Below, one piece after another: positions 9,453-20,219 of a stretch of 64,000 nucleotides of DNA (positions within the stretch are counted from its first letter, which is position 1; each line of letters opens with the position of its first letter). The notes beneath the pieces are model-generated. The model was not told the origin of the DNA and ran no database searches. It saw nothing but the letters and a program-made list of their open reading frames with translations. The translations under genes were made by a program, and so were the position numbers. The stretch is from the IMG/VR virus record IMGVR_UViG_3300029286_000014. One strand, 5' to 3'. The stretch is from an uncultured virus (IMG/VR IMGVR_UViG_3300029286_000014) (taxonomy: Duplodnaviria > Heunggongvirae > Uroviricota > Caudoviricetes).

Positions 9453-10571
9453 ATGACAATGGATGATTTATTAAAAAAAGCGAATGTTAATGAAGCAAAA
9501 TTGAGAACACATATGAATACAATAACAGCCGAAGAACTTGGAAATATATCAGAACCTTGTTATATGCCATCTGTTCAAATGTCATATTTAACAATTCTTA
9601 AATACATGGGATTAACAGAAAATGACTATAGAGAATTTATAAAAAGTTTTTATCTTTATGACCATCAATATGCAAAGTTCAATATGGTTAAAGATTTAGG
9701 AACAAATGTTGTTTTAAGCGCAATATATTATTTCTTAAAGAAGAAAGATATTAAAACATTTTTTACTTGCATGTTATTTCTATCAATTAAATTTCAAGGA
9801 AGCGCAACTAGAAAAGCTTTCACAAAATTTTGTGACCCAGATCTTTATATGTACACTCTAAATCATTTAAGTAAATCACATTTATATGTAAGAGAAAAAA
9901 CAATTGCTGGTGCATTATTTTGGACCACAAAAAATATGGTAAGAATATATCAGCACGATCTAGAAAAATTTGATAATTTTGAAAATGTTGGAAAATTTCT
10001 ATATGCTTTAAGAACAAGAATACAACAGAGTTTCAATAGTTTCTTTGGATTGTATAAAAAATTTTACGAAGAAGGAGTTAAAATTTCTTCTGATGATTCA
10101 GAAGAAGAATCCCCTGCAACGTCATATCTTGAAAGAGGTGGGCATCAGATTGAAGTAGTTGTAAGAAATATAACTGTTTATAAACATGTAGATCAAAAAG
10201 CACTTGAAGATGCTAAAAAATTATCATCAGTATCATTATCTTTTGTTTCACAAATAGTTCGTGGATTGTGCGATGTCAAATATCAAGATAGATTGAAATT
10301 GATTTTTGAATTATTTCTTAGGGATGTTAAAAAAATAGATTATATTTGTGGTGTTGCATTTTTTGATTACGTAAAATCTTTAATGTCTATAAAAAGAACA
10401 AAAATGGAAATTTATTTTAAACAACAAGTTGCTATTTTATTAAAAGAGGTTGCTACTGACGTTGGCATCAAGACAAAACTACAATCATTAACTAATCAAA
10501 CACAATATAACTTATCATTATTCTTAGCTTATTATTTAACATTATGTTTTAGACACACAGTTTGTCAATGA
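9453..10571 (+). CDS. hypothetical protein
   Basis: 372-aa ORF, no recognised motif. Confidence 0.6.
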   Translation: MTMDDLLKKANVNEAKLRTHMNTITAEELGNISEPCYMPSVQMSYLTILKYMGLTENDYREFIKSFYLYDHQYAKFNMVKDLGTNVVLSAIYYFLKKKDIKTFFTCMLFLSIKFQGSATRKAFTKFCDPDLYMYTLNHLSKSHLYVREKTIAGALFWTTKNMVRIYQHDLEKFDNFENVGKFLYALRTRIQQSFNSFFGLYKKFYEEGVKISSDDSEEESPATSYLERGGHQIEVVVRNITVYKHVDQKALEDAKKLSSVSLSFVSQIVRGLCDVKYQDRLKLIFELFLRDVKKIDYICGVAFFDYVKSLMSIKRTKMEIYFKQQVAILLKEVATDVGIKTKLQSLTNQTQYNLSLFLAYYLTLCFRHTVCQ

Positions 10572-11818
10572 TTATTCTTCCTAACAACGCTTCTAAGTAA
10601 TTTAGATGCACTATCATTAGTTCTTTCTAAATGAGCAGCCCTACTATTCTGAGTAACATCCATTCTAACAGCTCTTGCCTGTGCTGGGGCACCAGTTGAT
10701 GTAGTTCTTGTTGATGAAGAAGCAGTTGTGGATGCGCTTCCTCCTGACGTAGGAGTCGTATTAGTGGGATCTTCAACAGTTGTACTTTCTCTTAAATTGT
10801 TAAGATATGTATCCAATCGTGGTCTGAAATCATTCCTTTGACTAGTGTGAGCAGGATCGTAAACAACCATAGTTGAAAATAAATCAGCAAAATCTATTCT
10901 AACATCTATACAAGAAATTCTTTGATTGTATGCTATACTAGAAAATTCTCCTCCTTTTGAGACTGCTATTGCTGATATTCCAGCAGCTGGAAGATAAAAT
11001 AATCCGCGAGCATTCACCTGACAAAAAAATGGATATGAGTATGCGGAGTCCCATCCTTGAGGTAACATTAAACACAATAGAGCCCCCAATGGAGCAACAA
11101 TATTTCTTTCATGTGCTTTTTTATTACCAGGAAATGCATTATATAATTTAACAGTTAAACTGTATTGGCACCCAAATGAACTATTCTTCCAAACCTGAGG
11201 AAAGTCAACTCTTTGCCCTGCAAGAAGAGAATTCATAACTGCAGGAATACTTCGAATGGCAGCATTTGATGATTTTTTCATTTCCTCCCCAGCTTTGCCT
11301 GCTATATCATAAGCATCTTCTGCAAACCCCCCAACCCCCTTTAATATACTATTTGTAGAATTCTGTAAAAATGAAATACTTTGTTTAATCATATCAGTAG
11401 CACTTCGCCCTCCACTCATTTGAGCAATATCACCAACAGTATCCCCAACAACATCAGCAAATTTTGCTAAAAATGTTTGCCCATAATCATTACCAAACGT
11501 TTCACTTGGTAGATTGTCAGGAATAAATGCAACTTTTAATCCTGGGCCTGCACCAACTTTTACCCGAACACTATCAGCTATTGCTTTATAAGCTGGCCAA
11601 TCATTTTCTAGTTTGAACAATCCTAAACCATCTGCCCATGTTGCCCTACATGGATATATTTCAGCAACAGGCATTGCATTTGTCATTTCATGTTTTGCTG
11701 TTACAGGTCTAGGGGGCATTCCTATAGGTTCATCAAAAGATTCACTACTTTGAGCCACAGTTGAGCTTGTTGATGTTACTGTTGATGTTGCCGTTACGGG
11801 AGGAGTTGCTGTTGCCAT
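10565..11818 (-). CDS. putative baseplate / tail-tube initiator (gp48/gp54-like)
   Basis: FPQVWKNS...YSLTVKLY and YSYPFFC..GI..I.V pattern, in tail context. Confidence 0.45.
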   Translation of the reverse strand: MATATPPVTATSTVTSTSSTVAQSSESFDEPIGMPPRPVTAKHEMTNAMPVAEIYPCRATWADGLGLFKLENDWPAYKAIADSVRVKVGAGPGLKVAFIPDNLPSETFGNDYGQTFLAKFADVVGDTVGDIAQMSGGRSATDMIKQSISFLQNSTNSILKGVGGFAEDAYDIAGKAGEEMKKSSNAAIRSIPAVMNSLLAGQRVDFPQVWKNSSFGCQYSLTVKLYNAFPGNKKAHERNIVAPLGALLCLMLPQGWDSAYSYPFFCQVNARGLFYLPAAGISAIAVSKGGEFSSIAYNQRISCIDVRIDFADLFSTMVVYDPAHTSQRNDFRPRLDTYLNNLRESTTVEDPTNTTPTSGGSASTTASSSTRTTSTGAPAQARAVRMDVTQNSRAAHLERTNDSASKLLRSVVRKNNH

Positions 11819-11831
11819 TTTTTATTCTCCA

Positions 11832-14800
11832 TTATGCTGGAAAGTTTCCAGACAATAAACTTGCCATAAGATCATTTTGTCCTGAACCACCATTTCCACC
11901 TGTATTTGAAACAGATGTTGTATTATTATTTGAAACATTTGTATTTGCAATAGATGAATTTCTTGTTGATGCAATTGACAACAATCCTTTTGCAATCATT
12001 TCATTCTGACTAGCTAATCCTGCTATTAAACCATCTGCAACCATGCTGGCCTCATTCTTTTTATTTCTTAAACTTGATTCTAAGAGACTATATCTATTTA
12101 GTCTTGATTTTGCTGCTGATTCTTTTCCTGTCATACCAGGAGCAGCATCACCAGCTTCTGTTTGATATTGCAATGCTTGTTGAGCATTTTGACTACTCTT
12201 TCCACCAACCGTTCCTGCATATGATTTTACATATCTAGCAGGTTGAACGTGCCATTTTTCTGAAACCCATCCAGGCATCTGAATCATTGGTCTAATCATA
12301 CCATATTTCGACAATAATCCCATACTTTCAAGTTCATCTGCAACAGGAGAATTTATATCTATAGCCAATCCTTTTTCATGAGGGGAACGTCCTGGTGTAG
12401 CAAATTTTTTGAGACCTCCACTTTTTCCACCTCTTGAAATAGATGCTTGATATGCGCTACTTCGATATGCTGATGTAACTTGTATATTTTTTCCAGTTTT
12501 TTGTTTGTATTCAGCTGCCATTTTTGCTAAATCCGATTTTACGTCTGGTTTCAATCCTTCAATATCAACTTTTGAGTGTTCTCTCACAACCCCTGGAAGG
12601 GATGTTGATAACCACCCAGCAATACTTTGAGCAGCAGAAACAGCTCTTTTTCCAGCTCCTTTTACAACACCACCAGCTTCTTTTGCAGTTCCAGCAGCAG
12701 CTTTTCCTACAGCTTTTGCTCCTTTTATAAGTTTTTCTGCAACGTTTCCAGCAAAGCTTGCTACATTCGAACCAAGACTTCCAAATATACTACTTTGTTG
12801 GTCAGGAGAAAATGCTTTAACAGCTCCTTTTACTGATCCAAAAATAGCGCCAACAATTCTATCACCAACTTCATCGAATTTATCCATGATTGCTTTAATC
12901 ATACCAATTTGAGAATCTTGTGAAGCATCAACATATTTTTTAGCTGACATTTTTCTAGCAGGGATTGCTTGTCTTCCTAATGATTCAACTTTTTGTAATG
13001 GCGAAGCACTTGAAGATACCAATGAATTCGGGGATGTTACTCCAGGAGCTGCGTCACCTATTAACCCAAGTCCTTGATCTGTTGCTTCCCCATGTGTTCT
13101 TGCATAATCTCTAGCTCGCGCATCTTTTGCTTTTTTGTTTTCTTCAGCAATCTTTTTAGCATCTGCATCAGCCTTTTTATTTTGCTCTTCTAGGAATTTA
13201 GTTGCCTTATCCCCACCGAGAGTATCACCAACTAAACCAAATATTTTTTTCCATCCACCCATAATCATTTTTATAGTTTTGAATGGATGTAAAAATAGAT
13301 TTATTATAAATTTTATTGTGAAAATAGCAGCTTGAAATGCTGGTAATACATTGACTTTAATGAACTCAACTATTGGTGAAATCCATTTCTGCCACCAAGG
13401 TTTAATTGTTTTTTGATAAAAATCAACAGTTTGTTTGATGCCAGGAACATTATTATATGCCCATTTTCCAAAATCAGAAAGTTGTGTTTTTATCCATTTT
13501 GATGCTGAATCAAATGCATCATTTATTGGATTTACAATAAATGCATACCACATTGATTTTATTCCAACCCAGACAGCCCCTAAACTATTTTTAACAACCT
13601 TCCAAGCAAGACTAAATGCAAGTGCTATATTTTTACCACCAATTGCTCCAGCGACACCACCAACAATAGCACCAACAATAGCTCCAATACCGGTTCCAAT
13701 TACAGGAACAAAACTACCAACAGCCGCACCTAACAATGCTCCTTTAGTAGCTCCCCATTTTGCTCTCTTCTTTGGATCGTCACCTACGCCACCAATAGCA
13801 CCGCCTACTGTTGAAAAAACTTTCTCTGATGTTGTTAATTCACCTTCTTTACCTTTTTTACCTTTTTTATCATACCATTCTTTTGCATGTGCTCTTCCAC
13901 GAACTGCATCTACCAGTGTCATTAGTGTTCCAGCAATTCCAGCAATACCCCCAACACCTAATTTCATTGTAAATCCAACCATTCTAGTAAACAATTTGAC
14001 GATGCCTGCTAAATGTGTGAATATCTTGCTTTTGACTAAAATTGCAGCTAGAGACCCAATATTCATTAAAGCAAAACCAATTCCCTTTAATCCCATTCCC
14101 ATAATATTTTTAATGAATCCCCATGCAAATAAAAGAACTGTTCCAATTAATCCTTTTTTCTTTTCCATTTTTTCAGGTATGTAACCTGTATTTTTTGCAA
14201 TTTTCTGTAAGCTTTTTGTGTTCTTTTTTTCTATAGAACCAAGAGCATCTTTCTGTTCTTCAGATTTCTTTTCTCTTCTCTTCCAGTTCTTAAAAAAATC
14301 TAACATGCCATTTCCAGCTTTCGTGGCATCACCTTTTTTCTTTTCACCAAACATATTACTAAAGTCAAAATTGAAAAGCCCAAATGATTTTTCAATAGGG
14401 GTAACAATTTCATTCTCATCAAGTTGTACTTTAGGTCTTTTTCCTTTTTTAACTCTACCCCCTCTTTTCATTTGTGGGAGTTCTACTTCACCGCCCATTC
14501 CTAGAACTTCTATCAATTTTTCAAGAATTCCTTGATTCTCTTTTGGTTTATCACCTGCTTTATTTGTTAGATCATCAGGATTTCCACCAAACAATCTTAT
14601 TAATTGATCTAATTTAGGATTAACTGTTGCATATATCATTCCAAGAATTGTCGCAGAATTCTGAAGAGGACTCGTTGATCTTGGAAGTTGATTGAAGTAT
14701 TTTCCTTTTGGTCTGAATAAAAATTTTAATACTCCTTTGAATACAGTAGCGGCACTAATCAATCCTTTCGTTATTGGATTCTTAGTTAATCCTTCAAATA

Positions 14801-15872
14801 ATGATGCAGTAAATTCACTTCCTAATCCAACCATAGAAAGTCTAAGTTTTCTAATTTCAATAGTCATTTTTGACTTATCTAATGCTTCGGTCATTGTTTC
14901 TGTCAATTTTCCAACAGGTGCAATGACTTCAGCTGGATGAACTTGTACAGTTCCTCCTTTTTTAACGAAACCCCCTTCTGCTAATTTTGGGGGGACTCTG
15001 TTTGGATCGTTACCACCTTTTCCAAAATCTAATTTAAATCCAGATTTTATTGCGCCAAGAGCACCACCTATCATTTTAAACGGCATTAACAGTGCTTTGA
15101 AACCGAGACTTAGTGCTTTAAATGGAAGTGTTAAAATAAATTTACTCATTCCAACAATTCCTTTGAACGCCAATCCTATTGCTTTCATTGGAAGAGTTTG
15201 TATAAACTTTCCCATCTCCCACAATCCACGTAACGACGCACCTACTATTTTAAACGGGAATTTTAATAAACTCTTGAATCCTTCTCCTGCAATTGTCAAT
15301 AATTCAGCAAAACTTTTACCTTTGAATTGACCAAAAAATCCTCTTATTTTATTTCCTAAATAAGAAATTGCTTCACCGAGATTTTCTTTAATCTTATCAG
15401 AGAAATCTCTAAACACACCGCTTTCCATAAACTTAGCTGCAAAATAGCCAAATATAGGGGTGCTAGCAGCGAGAGACATTGCAACAGCATTTGTTTTATT
15501 TAATCTTACATCTTCTTGTATGGATTGAGAAACTTTAAATATTGTTTCAGCACCAGTTTTAGCAGTCGCTTCAAGAATTTTTTTTGCGGACCTGGTTAAT
15601 GTATCAACTGTAAGATTCAAATTTCTTAGAACTTTTTTTGTTCCTCTTTCGAACTCAACAATTCCTTCAGTATAACCAATCTCATTTTCATGTATTAGTT
15701 CTGAAATTTGTTTTTGCTCTTTTGTTATCGCTGATATAGCTTTTGCAGTTTCTTCCATATTGTAAGCTTCTGGATTCGGCTGTTCAGCGTGTTTGGAGAC
15801 AGAACTCATTTGTGATGAAAATTGTTGATCTATTGATTGGAGTTCTTCTTCAGAAATAAAATTTGCAGGCAT
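11832..15872 (-). CDS. tape-measure-like tail protein with a C-terminal M15 (D-Ala-D-Ala carboxypeptidase fold) peptidoglycan hydrolase domain
   Basis: 1346 aa, helical Gly/Ala-rich repeats, hydrophobic segments, VTSAYRS...SPHEKGLAIDI...EKWHVQ. Confidence 0.75.
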   Translation of the reverse strand: MPANFISEEELQSIDQQFSSQMSSVSKHAEQPNPEAYNMEETAKAISAITKEQKQISELIHENEIGYTEGIVEFERGTKKVLRNLNLTVDTLTRSAKKILEATAKTGAETIFKVSQSIQEDVRLNKTNAVAMSLAASTPIFGYFAAKFMESGVFRDFSDKIKENLGEAISYLGNKIRGFFGQFKGKSFAELLTIAGEGFKSLLKFPFKIVGASLRGLWEMGKFIQTLPMKAIGLAFKGIVGMSKFILTLPFKALSLGFKALLMPFKMIGGALGAIKSGFKLDFGKGGNDPNRVPPKLAEGGFVKKGGTVQVHPAEVIAPVGKLTETMTEALDKSKMTIEIRKLRLSMVGLGSEFTASLFEGLTKNPITKGLISAATVFKGVLKFLFRPKGKYFNQLPRSTSPLQNSATILGMIYATVNPKLDQLIRLFGGNPDDLTNKAGDKPKENQGILEKLIEVLGMGGEVELPQMKRGGRVKKGKRPKVQLDENEIVTPIEKSFGLFNFDFSNMFGEKKKGDATKAGNGMLDFFKNWKRREKKSEEQKDALGSIEKKNTKSLQKIAKNTGYIPEKMEKKKGLIGTVLLFAWGFIKNIMGMGLKGIGFALMNIGSLAAILVKSKIFTHLAGIVKLFTRMVGFTMKLGVGGIAGIAGTLMTLVDAVRGRAHAKEWYDKKGKKGKEGELTTSEKVFSTVGGAIGGVGDDPKKRAKWGATKGALLGAAVGSFVPVIGTGIGAIVGAIVGGVAGAIGGKNIALAFSLAWKVVKNSLGAVWVGIKSMWYAFIVNPINDAFDSASKWIKTQLSDFGKWAYNNVPGIKQTVDFYQKTIKPWWQKWISPIVEFIKVNVLPAFQAAIFTIKFIINLFLHPFKTIKMIMGGWKKIFGLVGDTLGGDKATKFLEEQNKKADADAKKIAEENKKAKDARARDYARTHGEATDQGLGLIGDAAPGVTSPNSLVSSSASPLQKVESLGRQAIPARKMSAKKYVDASQDSQIGMIKAIMDKFDEVGDRIVGAIFGSVKGAVKAFSPDQQSSIFGSLGSNVASFAGNVAEKLIKGAKAVGKAAAGTAKEAGGVVKGAGKRAVSAAQSIAGWLSTSLPGVVREHSKVDIEGLKPDVKSDLAKMAAEYKQKTGKNIQVTSAYRSSAYQASISRGGKSGGLKKFATPGRSPHEKGLAIDINSPVADELESMGLLSKYGMIRPMIQMPGWVSEKWHVQPARYVKSYAGTVGGKSSQNAQQALQYQTEAGDAAPGMTGKESAAKSRLNRYSLLESSLRNKKNEASMVADGLIAGLASQNEMIAKGLLSIASTRNSSIANTNVSNNNTTSVSNTGGNGGSGQNDLMASLLSGNFPA

Positions 15873-15892
15873 TTAATTTATAAACTCCCTAG

Positions 15893-16756
15893 TTAATCTA
15901 TTGTTTTCATAGCCGAGATTATTTTTGTCCTAACCAAAGGTAAATGTGAAATTGAGCATATTATTTCGGAAGGAAAAACTGCTTCTTGATAACAAACTTT
16001 CCAACCAACATTTAAACCAAATGCTTTTTTGAATCCCTGCTCAAAACACCAATGAAAAAAATAATAAGGTTTTCTAAAACATCTAGAATCATTATTGAAA
16101 TATAAATATATTGCACCAATATACCAGCTTAAAATATTTTTAAATTCAGTATCATTATATGTAGTTGTTGGTTTTACATATTTTTCAAGAATAGCTTTAA
16201 TTTCATCAAAAGTTAGTGTACTATTTTTCTCACCATTCTTAAAAAGATATTTTCCAATCTCATATCCATCTTTAACAGAAATTCTAGCATTTAGCATAAT
16301 ATTAAAAACATATGAATAATACAAACCAATTTCGTGTGCAAACATTGTAATAAATCTAGAAGATTTATTGCTAGCAAAATAATGTACAAATTCATGAACT
16401 GTAGTTTCACCAATTTCTTGATTTGAAACTATTCCCAACGCAGTTGCATTATTATCCATCAAAAAATAGATTTGATTTCTTTTTGGTGCATAGAAAGCAA
16501 GAGTATAAGTTGCGTGTCTTACCAAATTTCTAACAATAAAATATTTAAATAAACTTTTTGTACCAAAACAAGGGGTTATTGTTTCTTTTTCAATTAAAGA
16601 TTCAATATTCTCAACATAAGGAGACATTGTACTTTCTCTAAAACCTTGTATAAATTTTGCTTTCAATTTATCAGATGTATATAGGGGCATTCCTTCTATT
16701 GTTCCGATTGATTTTAAGCCAACTGGTGAAACCCAAACTTCGTTAATTTTTTCCAT
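15893..16756 (-). CDS. putative zinc metallopeptidase
   Basis: VHEFVHY (HExxH) with a downstream E. Confidence 0.5.
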   Translation of the reverse strand: MEKINEVWVSPVGLKSIGTIEGMPLYTSDKLKAKFIQGFRESTMSPYVENIESLIEKETITPCFGTKSLFKYFIVRNLVRHATYTLAFYAPKRNQIYFLMDNNATALGIVSNQEIGETTVHEFVHYFASNKSSRFITMFAHEIGLYYSYVFNIMLNARISVKDGYEIGKYLFKNGEKNSTLTFDEIKAILEKYVKPTTTYNDTEFKNILSWYIGAIYLYFNNDSRCFRKPYYFFHWCFEQGFKKAFGLNVGWKVCYQEAVFPSEIICSISHLPLVRTKIISAMKTID

Positions 16757-16760
16757 GAAA

Positions 16761-18479
16761 TTAACTCCTATAATATTCTAGGGTATTTACAAAATTATTT
16801 GTGAAACTATCTGTTTCTTTTTTTGCTCTTTTTAAAACTCTTGCATTTAGATCAGCCATATCAGATTCAAATTTGTCTGTATCCATAAGATCTTCTTCAT
16901 CTGCATCAGCTTTATATTTAGCAAAAATATTTTTATCTGATGCATTCATCATAAGAATGTTTCTTAATTCTTCATTAATTTTTCCATCAGCTGCACTTAA
17001 CATTAAAGGTGGGTCGTATTTTCTAACATAACAACAAAATGCTAAACTTAAAGCAATATCATCATTACATCCTGAATCAGCTTCAACTTTTCCACTTGGT
17101 TTTGTTATTAATCCAACTAATTCTAAAGCAAGTCTTTTTGATTTTACCATTTGTGGGTATTGAGTTACATATGAATATAATGAATCTATCATCAATGGTC
17201 TTGTTTTTAAATCAGTTGTAATTCCTCTAACCATTGTATTTTCACTTTTTCTATATTTATAGAGCATTGAACCATATGGGCTTCTATCTAAATATTCTGC
17301 AATTTGATTTCCCAATGAATTATTTTCAGGAACAACAACACCAGGATACAATGCACAAGCATATTCAGCAACTTTACAGAAATCGGTAACTGGAAGTTTT
17401 CCTCTATATTCCCACATTTGATCTAATGTTTCATAATCCCATATGGTTATTGCTGACATATCAGTGCCATATTCTGAGGCTGTATCAATTCCAATAATAT
17501 AATTTTTTCCAGAAATAGGTTTTTCAAAAGTCCAGCATTCACCATTAAATAGTTTTTTCACTTCTACTATTTTTGTATTTTTAGTATATTCCTGTAATAT
17601 TGTACAAGTATTTTCATCGAAGAAAGATCCTTCAATTGAAACAAATCTGAGATCCAATTCTTGCCCAATCTTTTTATCATCATTATCGAACTGTTCACAC
17701 ATTTGTTTAAACCAAAATGGGTCATCAGCTAGTTCAGGAATATCTTTCCAATAATATACAAAGCTTGAAAAACTTCCTTGTGTTCTATTTTCATCTTTTT
17801 CAATATTTAATGCATTACTGTATTTATTGAAAAAGAACTTTCCCATTCCAACTGTTCGATTTGGTGTGCTAACAATTGCTATTCCATAAGGAATATTAAG
17901 TTTTCTAGCATTTTTCTGTGCTGTTGAAACTGCTGGAATAATTGCAGTATAAGCTTCATCAAGTTTGTCAATAAATGCTGCCTCATCAATAATAAGCCAG
18001 GATAATGTTCTTCCTCTCAATGTTTTTGAAGGAGCTTTTGGATCTACAGTATTTGCAGTAACAGAACTACCATTTGTCAATTCAAAATATTGTTCACTTG
18101 CTTTTCTGAATCCTATACCTGCTGCTCCTTTTGGAGGTTTTAACCATGTTGGAAGTTTTTCTATCATTCCTCTAATTATTCTTGCAAATCTTGTAGATTC
18201 TCTTCCATCTTTAGATATAACACCAATATGTATATTTTCATGAAATACATCTAGCCATGTACAAAGAGCTTGTATGACAGTGCTCAATCCAGTCTGTCTA
18301 GATTTTAAAGCAACTAGGAAATGGTCTTCTAATAGTTTTGTTATATATTCTTTCTGCTTATTATAGAGTTTAAATAATACCTCTTCGCCGGGAAGTTCAA
18401 TTAGAATATAATGTTCAATGAAGTATATAGGATCCTTCTTACACCGAACGTATTCTGCAATTTGTTCTTCTCTTGTCAT
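16761..18479 (-). CDS. terL: terminase large subunit
   Basis: KSRQTGLST Walker A, IIDEAAF Walker B, VSTPN coupling motif, GIDTA and DD nuclease motifs. Confidence 0.92.
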   Translation of the reverse strand: MTREEQIAEYVRCKKDPIYFIEHYILIELPGEEVLFKLYNKQKEYITKLLEDHFLVALKSRQTGLSTVIQALCTWLDVFHENIHIGVISKDGRESTRFARIIRGMIEKLPTWLKPPKGAAGIGFRKASEQYFELTNGSSVTANTVDPKAPSKTLRGRTLSWLIIDEAAFIDKLDEAYTAIIPAVSTAQKNARKLNIPYGIAIVSTPNRTVGMGKFFFNKYSNALNIEKDENRTQGSFSSFVYYWKDIPELADDPFWFKQMCEQFDNDDKKIGQELDLRFVSIEGSFFDENTCTILQEYTKNTKIVEVKKLFNGECWTFEKPISGKNYIIGIDTASEYGTDMSAITIWDYETLDQMWEYRGKLPVTDFCKVAEYACALYPGVVVPENNSLGNQIAEYLDRSPYGSMLYKYRKSENTMVRGITTDLKTRPLMIDSLYSYVTQYPQMVKSKRLALELVGLITKPSGKVEADSGCNDDIALSLAFCCYVRKYDPPLMLSAADGKINEELRNILMMNASDKNIFAKYKADADEEDLMDTDKFESDMADLNARVLKRAKKETDSFTNNFVNTLEYYRS

Positions 18480-18491
18480 TTCTTTTGCCTC

Positions 18492-19751
18492 TTAAATGGT
18501 TTTGTTGGTTCTGCAAAGAATTATATTTGCAGTTGGTTTCCAGTTTCCTTCTGGTTTTGTTAATGAAATATCTGAAGCTTTTAAAATGTATTTTCCAGAA
18601 TAATCAGTGTAATCAATTGTCATTGGATCAAATTTAACAGTTTCCCCTACTTTCATTAAATTCATTAGGGGGAGATTTCTTTCTAACCTAATATTTATAG
18701 TTGACATTAATGCTACCTGTCTAGCTAATCTTGCGGTTGCTGCATAATTATTACTTCCATCAGAACTTCCAAGAAATGTATTCTTATAACTTACTCTATT
18801 TTCTACCATTGGATTATAATCAATATTTTTGTTTGAAGATATTAATCCATATTTTTGGCATACCTCATTGGTGTTGAGTTCATAATTAGAAAACAATGAG
18901 TTTAGAGGTTTGTATATATAAACATTTTTCATTGCTTTGGCTGCAAATACTGTATTCCCATGATATTTTGAAACAATATCTGTATAACAATAGAAGTTTT
19001 TTCCATCCATACACTTTTTGATTATGTTTTCATTTTCTGTTGAATCAACTGCAAGCTGATAAATTGTAAATGTTTGACTTTTATTCATTCTCCCTGAAAG
19101 ATTTGATACATACAATATATTATCATGAGAGCAAAATCCCAAATTACAAGCACCATTAAAAATACCATATAGATCATCTAAAAATTGAATAGATTTGTAT
19201 AGTGTTGTTGGAGGAATCAAAACTTGTGGAATTACTTCAGTATTTAAATTTTCTGTATCAAGAACAAGTGTAGATTGTGAATTATCTTTAACTAGTTTTT
19301 CCAATATTTCTTTGATTGTTTTTCCAATAAAAACATCATTAACTGTTGCAGATATTGTTTCAAAAGATTTCTTTGGAACAGTTGTAAATTGATATTCTCT
19401 TTTTTCTCTTGTCTTATTTATAGCTTGTTCTTTTGTAACACCAAATGTTGATGCAGATGTTAACGATACAAGTTCAAGATTAAATTCATCAATAACAGAT
19501 GCTTTATATGCGTCAACAGTTTCATTTCCTTTATATTGAATAGTTATCATTATTGATTCTTTATCATAAATTCTTTCACGAATAATATCTGTCGGATCCA
19601 AAAGTAGACTAATGACGACTGTCGGATAAGCATTTACTACATTAGAAATTATACGAAGTGACTTTAAATCAGCTGTATAATCTAGTTTCGCAATTTTAAC
19701 AAGAACTTTGAATCCAGTAGTTTGGACTAAAACAGCTTCTTTTTCTGGCAT
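18492..19751 (-). CDS. putative baseplate hub / tail protein
   Basis: First gene of the minus-strand structural operon. The C-terminal YSGKYIL pattern resembles gp27/GPD-type hubs. Confidence 0.4.
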   Translation of the reverse strand: MPEKEAVLVQTTGFKVLVKIAKLDYTADLKSLRIISNVVNAYPTVVISLLLDPTDIIRERIYDKESIMITIQYKGNETVDAYKASVIDEFNLELVSLTSASTFGVTKEQAINKTREKREYQFTTVPKKSFETISATVNDVFIGKTIKEILEKLVKDNSQSTLVLDTENLNTEVIPQVLIPPTTLYKSIQFLDDLYGIFNGACNLGFCSHDNILYVSNLSGRMNKSQTFTIYQLAVDSTENENIIKKCMDGKNFYCYTDIVSKYHGNTVFAAKAMKNVYIYKPLNSLFSNYELNTNEVCQKYGLISSNKNIDYNPMVENRVSYKNTFLGSSDGSNNYAATARLARQVALMSTINIRLERNLPLMNLMKVGETVKFDPMTIDYTDYSGKYILKASDISLTKPEGNWKPTANIILCRTNKTI

Positions 19752-19770
19752 ATGCTAAATCATTCCTTGT

Positions 19771-19786
19771 TTTTATTTTTGTTCTG
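19771..19786 (-). promoter_or_regulatory. candidate late promoter (AACAAA..TAAAA motif)
   Basis: CAGAACAAAAATAAAA on the minus strand just upstream of the terminase/tail operon. The same motif precedes other structural genes. Confidence 0.45.
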
Positions 19787-19807
19787 AAATTTAATTACCG
19801 ACTACGT

Positions 19808-19821
19808 TATATATATTAATT
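19808..19821 (+). promoter_or_regulatory. candidate early promoter TATATATATTAATT
   Basis: Exact 14-mer found 7 times, always intergenic and oriented with the downstream gene. Confidence 0.7.
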
Positions 19822-19858
19822 TTTGAGAATAAATAGATTAGATTTTATTTTTTAAAAA

Positions 19859-20173
19859 ATGGAGGAAAAGGTAAGAATGAAGAACTTGAAAGATTGTAAG
19901 GGATTTTATGTAATTAATTCTCAGGAGGTATTTGAATGTTTCTTGAAGCTTCATGGGTGGGATCAAGAAAACTTCAAGAAAAGATCTGGGTTAGATTTCG
20001 AAAAAGTTAGAAATTGGTATTTTCACCTTCCAAAAGAACCTGAAGAACAGGTATTTGAGGAAGCAAAAGCAAAAAAAATAAACACCAACGGAAATTTGCT
20101 AGCACTTTTTCATAAAAATTTTTCAAAAGAAAAAGTTTATGATTACTACAAGTTGTATATAAAGGAAGCCTAA
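19859..20173 (+). CDS. hypothetical protein
   Basis: ORF between the promoter motif and a terminator. Confidence 0.6.
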   Translation: MEEKVRMKNLKDCKGFYVINSQEVFECFLKLHGWDQENFKKRSGLDFEKVRNWYFHLPKEPEEQVFEEAKAKKINTNGNLLALFHKNFSKEKVYDYYKLYIKEA

Positions 20174-20187
20174 CCGCTTCCTTTTTA
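20161..20187 (+). terminator. Rho-independent terminator
   Basis: AAAGGAAGC/GCTTCCTTT stem plus T run. Confidence 0.7.
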
Positions 20188-20219
20188 ATTTCAACAACAA
20201 AAAATGAAAGGAGATAGTC

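Noticed and set aside
9852..9904. Diversity-generating retroelement TR/VR pair
   Set aside because: The two copies are identical with no adenine-specific differences, and no reverse transcriptase is present in the window.
13435..15330. Plus-strand ORFs overlapping the tape-measure-like gene
   Set aside because: Antisense shadows of Gly/Ala-rich codons with no recognisable products. The same applies to most short opposite-strand ORFs in the track.
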